Below, one piece after another: positions 9,940 to 22,261 of a stretch of 64,000 nucleotides of DNA. The number at the start of each line of letters is the position of its first letter. The stretch's first letter is position 1. Position numbers and translations under genes: made by a program. Origin of the DNA: an uncultured Clostridia bacterium (lineage in GTDB: Bacteria > Bacillota > Clostridia > Christensenellales > UBA1242); NCBI GenBank assembly GCA_934778215.1, contig CAKVOE010000002.1:383069-447068 (forward strand), in the 5' to 3' direction. The notes beneath the pieces are model-generated. The model was not told the origin of the DNA. It ran no database searches and worked only from the letters and a program-made list of their open reading frames with translations.

Positions 9940-11523
9940 ATGGCAAATAACATTAAAGAACAAGAAAGAGATGAACTACATAAAGCGATTTGGAATATTG
10001 CGAATGATTTAAGAGGCTCGGTTGATGGCTGGGACTTCAAACAATATGTTCTAGGCTTTATGTTTTATAGATATATCTCTGAGAATATTGCAAATTATAT
10101 AAATAAAAATGAACATGAGTCTGGTGATATTAATTTTGATTACACAAAATTAAGTGATTCAGAAGCTGAACAGGCTCGAGAAGATATGGTAAACAGTAGA
10201 GGCTTTTTCATTTTGCCAAGCCAACTTTTTTGCAATGTAAGGGCGAATGCAAATAAATTTCCAAAATACAAAGAAAATCTGAATGAAACTTTAGAAAAGG
10301 TTTTTAAAGCCATTGAAAACTCTGCTAAAGGCAGCGATAGCGAAGATGATTTTAAAGGCTTATTTGATGATATTGATGTTAACTCAAATAAACTTGGTGC
10401 TACGGTTGCTAAAAGAAATGAAAAATTGCTTAAAATTTTAGACAACATTGGCGAAATGAAGCTTGGTAATTATCAAGATAATACAATAGATGCATTTGGT
10501 GATGCCTATGAATTTTTGATGGGAATGTATGCCTCGAATGCTGGAAAATCTGGTGGTGAGTATTATACTCCACAAGAAGTCTCAGAATTACTTACAAGAC
10601 TAACAGTTGTTGGTAAAACAGAAGTTAATAAGGTTTATGATCCAGCATGTGGTTCTGGTTCACTGCTTTTGAACTTTGCAAAAGTACTTGGAAAAGATAA
10701 AGTCCGTCAAGGTTTTTTTGGTCAAGAAATAAATCTAACAACATACAATCTTTGCAGAATCAATATGTTTTTACATGACATCAATTATGATGAGTTTAAC
10801 ATTGCTTGTGATGACACTCTTCTTTCTCCTCAGCATTGGGATGAAGAACCTTTTGAAGCGATTGTTTCTAATCCACCATATTCAATTAAGTGGCCTGGCG
10901 ATGATGATATAAAGCTTATAAATGATCCAAGATTTGCTCCAGCTGGAGTTCTTGCACCAAAGTCTAAGGCTGACCTTGCATTTGTTATGCACTCGCTTTC
11001 TTGGCTGGCAACAAACGGAACTGCTGCAATTGTATGCTTCCCTGGAATATTCTATCGTGGCGGTGCAGAGCAAAAAATAAGACAATATTTGATAGATAAT
11101 AACTTTATCGATTGTATTATTCAATTGCCAGATAACCTATTTTTTGGTACAAGCATAGCAACCTGTATAATGGTATTAAAAAAGTCTAAAAATGACAATT
11201 CTACTCTCTTTATAGATGCAAGTAAGTATTGTGTTAAAGTTACAAACAATAATAAATTAAGAACAGGCAAAGGCGGAGATATTGAAAAAATCCTTGAATT
11301 ATTTTCAAATAGAAGAGACGTTGATAACATTGCAAAACTTGTTCCTAATGAAGAAATAGCAAAACAAAACTACAATCTTTCAGTTTCTACATATGTTGAG
11401 AAAGAAGATACCAAGGAAAAAATTGATATTAAAGAATTAAATGCAAAAATAAGGCAAATTGTCAGTCACGAACAAAAATTAAGGGAGTCTATAGATAAAA
11501 TTATTGAAGAAATAGGAGAATAA
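9940..11523 (+). CDS. hsdM: Type I R-M DNA methyltransferase subunit M
   Basis: HsdM N-terminal region, motif [11 protein letters not shown], motif [10 protein letters not shown]. Confidence 0.92.
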   Translation: MANNIKEQERDELHKAIWNIANDLRGSVDGWDFKQYVLGFMFYRYISENIANYINKNEHESGDINFDYTKLSDSEAEQAREDMVNSRGFFILPSQLFCNVRANANKFPKYKENLNETLEKVFKAIENSAKGSDSEDDFKGLFDDIDVNSNKLGATVAKRNEKLLKILDNIGEMKLGNYQDNTIDAFGDAYEFLMGMYASNAGKSGGEYYTPQEVSELLTRLTVVGKTEVNKVYDPACGSGSLLLNFAKVLGKDKVRQGFFGQEINLTTYNLCRINMFLHDINYDEFNIACDDTLLSPQHWDEEPFEAIVSNPPYSIKWPGDDDIKLINDPRFAPAGVLAPKSKADLAFVMHSLSWLATNGTAAIVCFPGIFYRGGAEQKIRQYLIDNNFIDCIIQLPDNLFFGTSIATCIMVLKKSKNDNSTLFIDASKYCVKVTNNNKLRTGKGGDIEKILELFSNRRDVDNIAKLVPNEEIAKQNYNLSVSTYVEKEDTKEKIDIKELNAKIRQIVSHEQKLRESIDKIIEEIGE

Positions 11524-11526
11524 ATA

Positions 11527-12316
11527 ATGAGAATTAATGAAATTTTGTCTAAGCCTATTTCTGATAATTTTGAATTAATTGAAGAGTTTATTACTTCTCC
11601 TTTAAAAATAGGTAAAATTAGAAAAATAGATGCTGGCTCTGTAAATAGAATATATTTTTGTAAAAGATGCAACTTACCATCATCATTTGTTTCGATGGAT
11701 AATATCCACTGTATATTAGTAAATAATAGATTGTTAAGTATCTCAACGACGTTAAAGTGTACAGGATGCGATGAAACGATTCCAGTGTGGTTTTTAGTTG
11801 AAGGTCAGAAGCCTTTTAATGAGACAACATATCATAATGTAAGATTGCTATTGGCAATTGAGAAACTAAGTGAAAATGTATCATTAAATACTGGAAACTA
11901 TGGTAGTTTTACTGATTTATTAGAGAAAGCTGACCTTTCTTTTAGAAATCAACTAGGATCTGCTGCGATGATGTATTTAAGAAAAATTTTTGAAGGTGTT
12001 ACACACCAAATTGCAAAAGCAGAAGAAATCGGGATATATAAAGATAATGGTGCTATAAGACCTTTTAGAGAGATATTGGAAAAAGTTGATGAAAAACATA
12101 GAATCATACCAAATGAATTTCGGCAAAATAAATATCTACTTTTTAGAGAGTTGAGTAATATTGTTCATAATGACAATATTGAAAACGAAGATATTGCACT
12201 GAATAAGTATCCTGCACTGAAAAGACTGATTATCGGAATATTAGACAAAGTAAAAAATGACGAGGAAATTATGGAAGCTATAGGAACACTTGGCTGGGAT
12301 CAAGAAGGAGGTAATA

Positions 12317-12324
<8 letters not shown>
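11527..12324 (+). CDS. Zinc-ribbon + DUF4145-like (HEPN-related) protein embedded in the hsd operon
   Basis: CxxC pairs (FCKRCN, LKCTGCDE). C-terminal AAMMYLRKIFEGV...LFRELSNIVHND resembles DUF4145. ATGA overlap with hsdS. Confidence 0.55.
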
Positions 12325-13525
<1,201 letters not shown>

Positions 13526-13554
13526 TTAGGCTTTTACAGTATGTATATGGATGT

Positions 13555-14127
13555 GTGAATATTGAATTGAGCATGATTGGTAGAGTCTGCATGTGTAAAA
13601 GAATAATGAAATCGGAAACAAAATCTCAAGGGGATGTTCCATTTTATAAAATTGGAACTTTTGGTGGTATTGCTGATGCTTTTATTTCAAATAAATTATT
13701 TGAAGAATACAAGTCTAAGTATTCTTATCCTAATAAAGGTGATTTATTGATTTCATGTTCTGGCACAATTGGAAAAATCGTTGTATTTGATGGTGAACCA
13801 GCGTATTTTCAAGACTCTAATATTGTCTGGGTTAAAAATGATGAGAATTTGGTGTTGAATAGGTATTTATATTATGTATATCAAACAAATCCATTCATAG
13901 TATCAACTGGTGGAACTATTGCAAGGCTATATAATGAGGGAATTGAAAAAGTAAAAATATCTATTCCACCACTTGAAAAACAAAAAGAGATTGTTGAAAA
14001 GTTAGACCAATTTGATAAAATGGTTAATGACTTGTCAAATGGACTTCCTGCTGAAATTAAAGCAAGACAACAACAATACGAATACTACAGAAATAAACTT
14101 TTGACATTTAAGGAGAAAAAGATTTAA
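13555..14127 (+). CDS. Half-size HsdS (single TRD + distal conserved helix), start uncertain
   Basis: GDVPFYKIGTFG TRD motif and LPAEIKARQQQYEYYRNKLLTF. No ATG/SD at the listed GTG start; frame stays open back through the ACAG repeat. Confidence 0.7.
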   Translation: MNIELSMIGRVCMCKRIMKSETKSQGDVPFYKIGTFGGIADAFISNKLFEEYKSKYSYPNKGDLLISCSGTIGKIVVFDGEPAYFQDSNIVWVKNDENLVLNRYLYYVYQTNPFIVSTGGTIARLYNEGIEKVKISIPPLEKQKEIVEKLDQFDKMVNDLSNGLPAEIKARQQQYEYYRNKLLTFKEKKI

Positions 14128-14555
14128 TGAAAAATAAAATTGCAGGGATTGTTGGATTGATTGTAGTTATATTTCTTTTCACCAGTGGACTTTTTGGATG
14201 GTGTACAAGTGTTTTTGTTTGGCTCATTACATTAAATAATTCTAGCCCATCAATCTCAGTATTCGGACAGTTATTTGTAAAATATGCAACATGGATAGTT
14301 GCGTTTTCTATGGTAGGAATAATATTTAAAAGATTGAATTGGTTTAATAGCGATGCAATGAAATTGGTTTATTTTATAATATCAACAATAATTTCTTTTG
14401 TGCTAAGTTATGTGGTTATGGTTTTAGAAGATTATGTAATTTATGTTGCCATGGTCTTGGGAACCTTAATTTTAACACTTATAGTTATTATTATAATTTT
14501 ATATATAAAAAGAAGAAAACAAAAAAATAAAGGAGAAAATGATGAGTTTTTATAA
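14127..14555 (+). CDS. Small multi-pass membrane protein inside the hsd operon
   Basis: 4 hydrophobic segments, basic tail RRKQKNKGEND; TAATG overlap upstream, overlaps hsdR start. Confidence 0.6.
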   Translation: MKNKIAGIVGLIVVIFLFTSGLFGWCTSVFVWLITLNNSSPSISVFGQLFVKYATWIVAFSMVGIIFKRLNWFNSDAMKLVYFIISTIISFVLSYVVMVLEDYVIYVAMVLGTLILTLIVIIIILYIKRRKQKNKGENDEFL

Positions 14556-17500
14556 CATAGTCTCAGAATCTAACGAAAGCACTGTTATGACTGAATATAA
14601 ACCCACAAATAACAAGTCTGATAAGTATCAAAGCGAAGCTGAACTTGAAAAAGAGTTTATCAAACTGCTTGAATCACAAAGCTATAAATACTTACCTATT
14701 CACACAGAAAATGACTTGATTTTGAATTTAAGGAAGAAACTTGAAGAACTGAATAAATATAATTTTTCTGATAGCGAATGGGATCAGTTTCTTTCTTCAT
14801 GCATAATAGGTAAAAATGAAGGCATTGTTGAAAAAACAAGAAAGATTCAAGAAGACTATGTTCAAATTTTACACAGAGATGATGGAACAACAAAAAACAT
14901 TAAGCTTATAGACAAAATTAATATTCACAATAATAAATTACAAGTAATAAACCAATACATAGAAACAAATGGTAATCATGACACAAGATATGATGTAACA
15001 ATATTAGTTAACGGACTTCCTCTGGTTCATGTAGAATTAAAACGTCGTGGAGTTGCAATTCGTGAAGCATTTAATCAGATAGAGAGATATCAGAGAGATA
15101 GTTTTTGGTCATCAAGTGGATTATTTGAGTATGTGCAAATATTTGTGATCTCTAATGGAACAAATACAAAGTACTACTCTAATACAACAAGATGGAATCA
15201 TTTTAAAGATTTTAACAGACAACAATTTGCAAGAAAATCTAAAACAAGCAACAGTTTTGAGTTTACTTCATTCTGGGCAGACGGAAGTAATAAGATTATT
15301 CCTGACCTTGTTGATTTTACAAAAACATTCTTTTCCAAGCATACATTGTTAAATATTTTAACAAAATACTGTGTTTTTACATCTGAAAACATGCTTTTAG
15401 TAATGAGACCATATCAGATTGTTGCTACAGAAAGAATTATCAATAGAATTGAAGTATCAAACAACTATAAAACATATGGAACAATTAAAGCTGGCGGATA
15501 CATTTGGCACACAACTGGAAGTGGTAAAACTCTTACATCATTTAAAACTGCTCAACTTGCTACTAACTTACCTTTTATAGATAAAGTATTGTTTGTTGTT
15601 GATAGAAAAGATTTGGACTATCAAACAATGAAAGAATATGATCGATTTGAAAAAGGAGCAGCAAACAGTAATACATCTACTGCAATACTAAAAAAACAAC
15701 TAGAAAATAACCAATGCAGAATTATTATAACAACCATTCAAAAACTTGATAGATTTATATCTAAAAACAAAGATCATTCAATTTATAATAAACATATTGT
15801 AATTATATTTGATGAGTGCCATAGATCGCAATTTGGCGATATGCATAAATCTATTACAGGCAAATTTAAAAATTATCATTTATTTGGGTTTACGGGCACG
15901 CCAATTTTCGCAGCAAATTCTAGTAGCGGAAAAGATGTTCAATTAAGAACGACTGAACAGGCTTTTGGTGATATGCTTCATACTTATACAATAGTAGATG
16001 CTATAAATGATAAAAATGTATTACCATTCAGGGTCGATTATATAAAAACAATGGACAAAGAACCAGACATTGATGATAAACCAGTTAATGATATTGATAG
16101 AGAAAAGGCTTTTTTAGCGCCACGAAGAATAAGTAAAATTGTAAGTTATATTTTAGATCACTATAACAGCAAAACTTATAGGAATGAAAAAATGTATTCA
16201 TTCAATAGCCTTCTGAATATTACCGAAGTTGCTAGCGCTAAAAGAAACAAAAAAATTGAAGAACAAAAAGACAAATTATATTTGAATGGATTCAACTCTA
16301 TGCTTTGCGTTGCATCTATTGATGCAGCAAAAGCTTACTACAATGAATTCAAAAAGCAAATGAAAGAAAACCCAAGTAAAAAACTTAAAATTGCAACGAT
16401 TTTCAGTTATGGAGCAAACGAAGAAGAGTCTGATGGAATACTTGGTGAAGAAAACAGTGAAGATACAACAAGACTTGACAAATCTTCAAGAGATTTCTTG
16501 GATGGAGCAATAGTCGATTATAATAAAATGTTTCAAACTAAATATGATACATCAAGCGATAGATTTCAAAACTATTATAAAGATGTGTCACTCAGAATGA
16601 AAAACAGGCAAATCGATCTATTGATTGTTGTAAATATGTTTTTAACTGGATTTGATGCCACTACCCTTAACACTTTATGGGTTGACAAAAATCTTAAGCA
16701 GCATGGACTTATTCAAGCATTTTCAAGGACAAACAGAATACTTAATTCAATAAAAACATTTGGAAATATAATTTGCTTTAGAAACCTACAGAAAAGAACA
16801 GATGATGCAATTAGTTTGTTTGGTGATAAAAATGCTGGTGGCATTTGTCTCATGAAAGGTTTTAAGGACTATTTTGAAGGATATACCGATGAAAAAGGAA
16901 ATAAGAAACCTGGATACAAGGATTTAATTGAGGAACTAGAATATAAATACCCATTATCAGACTCTCAAATTTATGGAGAACGGGCACAAAAAGACTTTAT
17001 AGGATTATTTGGAGCAATACTTAGAATGCGCAACATTCTGTCTTCATTTGATGAATTTGCTGGCAATGAAATTTTAACAGAAAGAGATTTGCAAGATTAT
17101 CAAGGTAGATATAATGATTTGTATGAGGAATGGAAACATAGACGAAATAATGGTGATAAAGAAAATATCAATGATGATGTTGTCTTTGAAGTCGAGCTTA
17201 TAAAACAAATTGAGATCAATATAGATTATATATTATTGCTAGTTCAAAAATATCATGATACACATTGTGAAGATAAAGAAATTCTTGTTTCAATAAACAA
17301 GGCTATAGATAGCAGTTTGCAACTTAGAAGTAAAAAACAACTAATTGACTCATTTATTGCTGGAATTAATGATGTTGATGACATAATGATTGAATGGCAT
17401 GAGTTTGTTGCAGAGCAAAAGGAAAAAGAACTTGCACAGATAATTTCTCAAGAAGGTTTGAAAGATGCCGAAACAAGAAAATTTGTAGATTATTCATTTA

Positions 17501-17649
17501 GAGACGGAAATATGAAAACGACTGGTACAGATATAGATATAATAATGCCTGCAATGTCAAGATTTGGCGGTGGCAATCGTGAAATTAAGAAGAAAAACAT
17601 TATAGAAAAACTTTTGGCATTCTTCGAAAAATTCTTTGGAATTATATAA
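14539..17649 (+). CDS. hsdR: Type I restriction enzyme R subunit
   Basis: HsdR_N nuclease region (VNGLPLVHVELKRR), SF2 helicase motifs TGSGKT, FDECHRSQ, TGTPIF, QAFSRTNR. Confidence 0.92.
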   Translation: MMSFYNIVSESNESTVMTEYKPTNNKSDKYQSEAELEKEFIKLLESQSYKYLPIHTENDLILNLRKKLEELNKYNFSDSEWDQFLSSCIIGKNEGIVEKTRKIQEDYVQILHRDDGTTKNIKLIDKINIHNNKLQVINQYIETNGNHDTRYDVTILVNGLPLVHVELKRRGVAIREAFNQIERYQRDSFWSSSGLFEYVQIFVISNGTNTKYYSNTTRWNHFKDFNRQQFARKSKTSNSFEFTSFWADGSNKIIPDLVDFTKTFFSKHTLLNILTKYCVFTSENMLLVMRPYQIVATERIINRIEVSNNYKTYGTIKAGGYIWHTTGSGKTLTSFKTAQLATNLPFIDKVLFVVDRKDLDYQTMKEYDRFEKGAANSNTSTAILKKQLENNQCRIIITTIQKLDRFISKNKDHSIYNKHIVIIFDECHRSQFGDMHKSITGKFKNYHLFGFTGTPIFAANSSSGKDVQLRTTEQAFGDMLHTYTIVDAINDKNVLPFRVDYIKTMDKEPDIDDKPVNDIDREKAFLAPRRISKIVSYILDHYNSKTYRNEKMYSFNSLLNITEVASAKRNKKIEEQKDKLYLNGFNSMLCVASIDAAKAYYNEFKKQMKENPSKKLKIATIFSYGANEEESDGILGEENSEDTTRLDKSSRDFLDGAIVDYNKMFQTKYDTSSDRFQNYYKDVSLRMKNRQIDLLIVVNMFLTGFDATTLNTLWVDKNLKQHGLIQAFSRTNRILNSIKTFGNIICFRNLQKRTDDAISLFGDKNAGGICLMKGFKDYFEGYTDEKGNKKPGYKDLIEELEYKYPLSDSQIYGERAQKDFIGLFGAILRMRNILSSFDEFAGNEILTERDLQDYQGRYNDLYEEWKHRRNNGDKENINDDVVFEVELIKQIEINIDYILLLVQKYHDTHCEDKEILVSINKAIDSSLQLRSKKQLIDSFIAGINDVDDIMIEWHEFVAEQKEKELAQIISQEGLKDAETRKFVDYSFRDGNMKTTGTDIDIIMPAMSRFGGGNREIKKKNIIEKLLAFFEKFFGII

Positions 17650-17657
17650 AACTCATA

Positions 17658-17684
17658 AGAACGGAACAAAAGCCGTTCTTTTTT
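17658..17684 (+). terminator. Rho-independent terminator after hsdR
   Basis: AGAACGG-N8-CCGTTCT + TTTTT. Confidence 0.6.
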
Positions 17685-17907
17685 ATCATTGGATATTATA
17701 AAATTTTTTTAAAAATAATTTCCTGCGTGATCAAATGGTGAACTAGCGGAGTTGCTAAAATTACCTTGAAAAACAATTAAGGGCTAGAGTTCTCCTCTAT
17801 TTTTCAAACTAAACCTAGTTTTATTAAATGACCGCAAACTTTGTAAAAATATATGTAAAAACCAAGACTGACCAATCTTTGTTGAGTTAAAATAAGAAAC
17901 GAGAAAA

Positions 17908-18766
17908 TTGATGGGCAACGGCATAAAAATTGATAGAGCCAAAACAATATGTAGTGCACTCAACTTAAACTTTTATGCGGGGTTTGATGTTAAAGTAATT
18001 AGTCGTTCGCACGCAAAAGAAACTATACTAAAACTTAAGCGAATTTTGGCAACAATTCTAGCCGATGCAAAAAGGCAAAGATTGGTTGAATATAACTTTG
18101 CATCTTATGATTACATTGCGCCAATTCAAGGACATAAAAAGGAAGTTAAAAAACTCAATGACAAAGAGGCAGTAACTAGCTGGGTATCTAGATAAACTAG
18201 ACAATCCTAGATTGAAAATTGCCTTGCTCATAGCACTCTTTATGGGAATAAGGCGTGGTGAATTTGCAAGTCTTGAATGGAAAGATATAGACTTCGAAAA
18301 TAAGGCAATGAGCATTGCAGGATCTGTGCAAGATATAGTTGGCTTTGGAATAATCACCAAAGAGCCAAAGACTGAAAATTCAAAACGCACAATCTCAATG
18401 CCTGACAAACTCATTGAATACTTACATGAATACGAAGCTTGGTGGCAAAACCAAAAGAAATATCTTGGAGATAGACTTGGCGACACAGATAGACTTTTCT
18501 GCACAGAAGATGGCAAAGACATTTGCCCAGGATTATTACGAGTATGGTTGCAAAAATCTCTTGCACGAGCTGGACTTCCAATCGTCACACTCCACTCGCT
18601 TCGCCATACAAACATAACATTGCAACTAATGGCAGGTGTAGATATGAAAACGGTATCAGCCAGAGCTGGTCACAGCAAAGCCTCAACCACCAGCGACTTC
18701 TACAGCCACTTTCTAAAGAATAGTGATATACATGCAAGCGAAGTAATAAATAAAATTTTTCAATAA
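17908..18766 (+). pseudogene. Tyrosine recombinase/integrase, N-terminally truncated and frameshifted
   Basis: Catalytic C-terminus GIRRGEFASLEWKDIDF...LHSLRHTNITL...AGHSKASTTSDFYSH. Reading frame switches +1 near 18176-18195. About 100 aa of the usual N-terminus are missing. Confidence 0.8.
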
Positions 18767-18868
18767 ACATATAATATTTTATAAATTATTATAAATTGTC
18801 ATAAATTGTTGACAAATGAATTATGCTATGTTAGACTATATAACATCACAATAGTAGGAGGTTACAAA

Positions 18869-19186
18869 TTGGCAAACAATTATGCGGCTGAAAATAGGTT
18901 TGTCAGAAACTGTATTACAAATAATAATTATCTCATTACTAACCATGCTTGGGAAAGAATGTTTACAAGAAAAATTAAATTTGAAGATGTAAAACACACA
19001 ATTTTTAATGGGAATATTGTTGAGGTTGATACAAGAAACTCAAATCCTAGATTAGTTTATAATCTTAATGATAATAATGTTGTTGTAGAAGTAGACATAC
19101 CATCACAATGTATTTTGATAACAGTTGAGAAAGTAGATTGGTCGAAATGGGAAAGAGACAGGACTGGTTTTATTAAAAGAAAATAA
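18869..19186 (+). CDS. DUF4258-like putative toxin
   Basis: ITNHAWERMFTRKIKFEDVKHTIFNGNIVE motif; TTG start 7 nt after AGGAGG. Confidence 0.55.
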   Translation: MANNYAAENRFVRNCITNNNYLITNHAWERMFTRKIKFEDVKHTIFNGNIVEVDTRNSNPRLVYNLNDNNVVVEVDIPSQCILITVEKVDWSKWERDRTGFIKRK

Positions 19187-19201
19187 AAGAGGAACTTAAA
19201 A

Positions 19202-19648
19202 ATGAAATGTAATGAATGCGGATCAGAATTGAAGGTAATTAAAACTGATATTAACAGTGGTTGGGGTAATTATAAAGTAGTTATAAAAGACATTCCAGCT
19301 TTGGTTTGTGAAAAGTGTGGAAATAAACTTTTTAAAGCTGCCGATATGGAGATGATAGAAAAATTATCAATTGCGTTAAGTGAGACGAAAGAGCGACCTG
19401 AGTTTATTAATCTAAAAGAAGCAGCTGATTTGTTAAGAGTCAGCAACCAAACGGTATATAATATGATAAGTGATGGTAGATTAAAGGCTGTTAAGTGCGG
19501 TAGAGAATGGAGATTTATGAGAAAAAATATTGAAAGTGTATTAACTCCCGACAATAATTTAGCATTTGCTGCAAGAAATGGAAAAAATATTTCTATAAAG
19601 GATGAAAGTGCTATTAAAAAAGTGTTAAAGGATATTGATGATAAATGA
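19202..19648 (+). CDS. YgiT/MqsA-type zinc-finger + excisionase-type HTH protein (putative antitoxin/regulator)
   Basis: CNECGSEL...CEKCGNKLF zinc ribbon, then LKEAADLLRVSNQTVYNMISDGRLKAVKCGREWRF (HTH_17-like). Confidence 0.65.
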   Translation: MKCNECGSELKVIKTDINSGWGNYKVVIKDIPALVCEKCGNKLFKAADMEMIEKLSIALSETKERPEFINLKEAADLLRVSNQTVYNMISDGRLKAVKCGREWRFMRKNIESVLTPDNNLAFAARNGKNISIKDESAIKKVLKDIDDK

Positions 19649-20337
19649 GCATAAAAATTCTTGCAAGAAATATTATTAAAGATTTTAATTTAGAATATCC
19701 ACTTAATCTTTATAAGTTTTGTAACGATCTTAATATAAATATTTATCGAGAAGATATTGATATGGACGGCTGTTTAATTTGTAATAAGGGTAAGACGGCG
19801 ATTATAGTAAATTCAAATAATTTAAATAGAGAGAAATTTTCTATAGCACACGAACTTGGACATTTTTTTATTCCAAGTCATAATGAATTAATGTTTAAAT
19901 GTTATGATGTTGGGAACTCTGCTGTTATAACAAAAGTTGAAAATGAAAGAGAAGCTGATGAGTTTGCCTCTGAAATACTATTGCCAGAAGCTTTAATAAC
20001 TAAATATACGGATGATTTAACAATTTCGAAAATAATAGAGGCCGCTAATGTTTTTGAAACGTCTCTCTTATCAACAGCAATTAGGCTGATTAAATTAACT
20101 GAAGAGAATGCTATCTTAATTTACTTATCAAAAGACAAAATAAAATGGCATATATGGTCAGATGTCGGTTTTATGCAATTAAACACAAACTTTGAGTTTA
20201 AGGGTTTTGTTAGCAAAGATAAAATGAGATCAACACAAATTATAACAAATGACGAAGATATAGAATATATATCATCTGAAGTTTATAAGATAAACAATAA
20301 TGATAAACTAATATTAATAAAGGAATTTTGTGAATAA
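19645..20337 (+). CDS. ImmA/IrrE-family zinc metallopeptidase
   Basis: HELGHFFIPSH (HExxH) with downstream EREADEFASEILLP; ATGA overlap with the preceding gene. Confidence 0.75.
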   Translation: MSIKILARNIIKDFNLEYPLNLYKFCNDLNINIYREDIDMDGCLICNKGKTAIIVNSNNLNREKFSIAHELGHFFIPSHNELMFKCYDVGNSAVITKVENEREADEFASEILLPEALITKYTDDLTISKIIEAANVFETSLLSTAIRLIKLTEENAILIYLSKDKIKWHIWSDVGFMQLNTNFEFKGFVSKDKMRSTQIITNDEDIEYISSEVYKINNNDKLILIKEFCE

Positions 20338-20341
20338 AATT

Positions 20342-20371
20342 AAAAAGACGCGGTAAAATAGCGTCTTTTTT
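20342..20371. terminator. Terminator hairpin (3' of ImmA gene and of tRNA-Arg)
   Basis: AAAAAGACGC-N9-GCGTCTTTTTT. Confidence 0.6.
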
Positions 20372-20380
20372 CTTTGAAAT

Positions 20381-20457
<77 letters not shown>

Positions 20458-20582
20458 ATATTAAGTTTTTTGAGTGCTTGGGTGAACTTTTGGTGAACTT
20501 TGGTTTTGTGCGAGTTTGAATTACTTGCAAATTGTCAGTGTTTTAGAGATGTTTAGAGGTTTTAATTTTGTCCAAGTCGATA

Positions 20583-20627
<45 letters not shown>

Positions 20628-20642
20628 GAGCAAAACTATGTT

Positions 20643-21434
20643 CTACTCTTTAATTAAGTTGCCATTACAATGACAAAATTTGTCATTAACTAATTCTGTA
20701 ATATTGGTAATACAATTGTCTTCAGATATTTGCTTATATGACCCATTATCAAACAAATAGGCTTTACCAAAAACTTGTTGAGATGTGCCATTTTCATATA
20801 TAAATGCTCCGTCAGAATAAGCAATAAAGGGCCTTGTTTTGCTATCTGGCAAAGATATATCTTTTAATATATTTTTTCCGTCTAACACCTCTCCTATGCG
20901 TTCTTCAAAATGTGGAAGAATGCTTATTTTTGTCAATCCTAGCCCTTTAATATATTTGTTATAAGAAGCATCAACAGATTCTCCTTCTAATTCCGGTTGG
21001 GCATAAACGATATCTGCACAATTCATACTCCCCGCACTCCCACCAACTATTAATGCCTTTGTATTTTTTATTATTTCTCCTAGTTTAATCTCTTTAAAAA
21101 ATTGATTTTGTGTTGGAACGTGACCACCGCATAAAAATATCAAATCTGCATTCTCTATCAATTCTTTTGTTTTGTCTTTCGTTCTAGCATCTAAAACGGC
21201 GTAGTTGTTAAACGGATATGTAATTTTAAAAGAATCAAACATTAGATTCGCATAAGCATCTGTTTTTTCATAATTAGTTGGTGAACTTGCAACAAATACA
21301 AAATTATTTTGTTTAGGAGTTAATGTTTTTACCAAATCTAAAATTCCGTTTTTGTTGCCAAAATTGTGCGCTACCTTTTTGCCTTCGTTATTCTTGTAAT
21401 ATGTATCTAAGCAACTTGTTAATATTAAATTCAT
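20643..21434 (-). CDS. Peptidase S51 (peptidase E-like) family protein, paralogue 1
   Basis: GGSAGSMNCADIVY nucleophile-elbow region and KGLGLTKISILPH. ATG 21434 after AAGGAG; the upstream ORF extension was rejected. Confidence 0.7.
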   Translation of the reverse strand: MNLILTSCLDTYYKNNEGKKVAHNFGNKNGILDLVKTLTPKQNNFVFVASSPTNYEKTDAYANLMFDSFKITYPFNNYAVLDARTKDKTKELIENADLIFLCGGHVPTQNQFFKEIKLGEIIKNTKALIVGGSAGSMNCADIVYAQPELEGESVDASYNKYIKGLGLTKISILPHFEERIGEVLDGKNILKDISLPDSKTRPFIAYSDGAFIYENGTSQQVFGKAYLFDNGSYKQISEDNCITNITELVNDKFCHCNGNLIKE

Positions 21435-21990
21435 CTTAACTCCTTTAAATTCGCTCGACGTGATGTTTTGCCGTATTAAAAATATGATTGAAAAATTGTA
21501 ACGGCTTTCTCCTTTAATTTGGTTTGGTGTATGGTGCTGTTGTGGGGTACTAGTACAACGCAAAGTATTGTATCATATTCCATACATAAAAGTCAAGTAA
21601 ATGGTGGTGGGATTGTGCTTTTTTGAATTTTAACGGTATATTGTTTTGCAAGTGGTAATAAGGGTATTTTAACGAGGACTGTTGTACAACAACTTTTTAA
21701 AACCTAATTTATTTTCGGCAGGGTTGTTTTTTAGCAAATTGTGATGCGGTATTTGGGGCGTATCTCACTTCAACAAATAATGTCACTAATTATTTTTTAA
21801 GATTTATTAACAAGTTGGTTTATTTCTTTTATTTTTTAATTGTTTGTTGTTATATGGGAAACAAGGATTGGCGGTAATGGTTTTTAATGTAAAAAAATGT
21901 TACTTAAAGCATAAAGTTTTTAGATATTTTGAACAAATTTGCTTTTTCGACAAAAAATTTAACAAATTTTTCGAATTTTACTTCAAACTA

Positions 21991-22019
21991 TTGACATATA
22001 ATTATTTAGGTGTTAAAAT
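21991..22019 (+). promoter_or_regulatory. Sigma-70-type promoter for tRNA-fMet
   Basis: TTGACA-17 nt-TAAAAT about 30 nt upstream of the tRNA. Confidence 0.6.
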
Positions 22020-22051
22020 AGACAAGTAAATCAAATTGATTTGCATTTTAT

Positions 22052-22128
22052 CGCGGAGTAGAGCAGCCCGGAAGCTCGTTGGGCTCATAACCCAAAGGTC
22101 AGTGGTTCAAATCCACTCTCCGCAACCA
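22052..22128 (+). tRNA. Initiator tRNA-fMet (anticodon CAU)
   Basis: C1xA72 mismatch, three G-C pairs closing the anticodon stem (TTGGG-CTCATAA-CCCAA), encoded CCA. Confidence 0.9.
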
Positions 22129-22130
22129 TG

Positions 22131-22163
22131 AAAAACCACTTGTATTTTACAAGTGGTTTTATT
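22131..22163 (+). terminator. Terminator after tRNA-fMet
   Basis: AACCACTTGT-ATTTT-ACAAGTGGTT + TTT. Confidence 0.65.
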
Positions 22164-22261
22164 GTTTATTTTTTTACAAAAAAATGGATTTACGGTAACA
22201 CAAAAACACTTAAGAGGTGGGTTAAAAAAATGTTAAGTTGGTAGATATGAGTTTCAAAAAT

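Noticed and set aside
18058-18615. 185-aa minus-strand ORF
   Set aside because: It lies antisense to the clearly recognisable integrase catalytic domain; shadow ORF with low-complexity Ser/Pro-rich content.
21435-21560. Long leaders (here and at 55433..55767) inspected for riboswitch or T-box signatures
   Set aside because: I could not recognise any known riboswitch or T-box consensus by eye; an Rfam scan would be needed.
21844-22029. 61-aa ORF upstream of tRNA-fMet
   Set aside because: It covers the TTGACA/TAAAAT tRNA promoter in an AT-rich spacer and has no SD.
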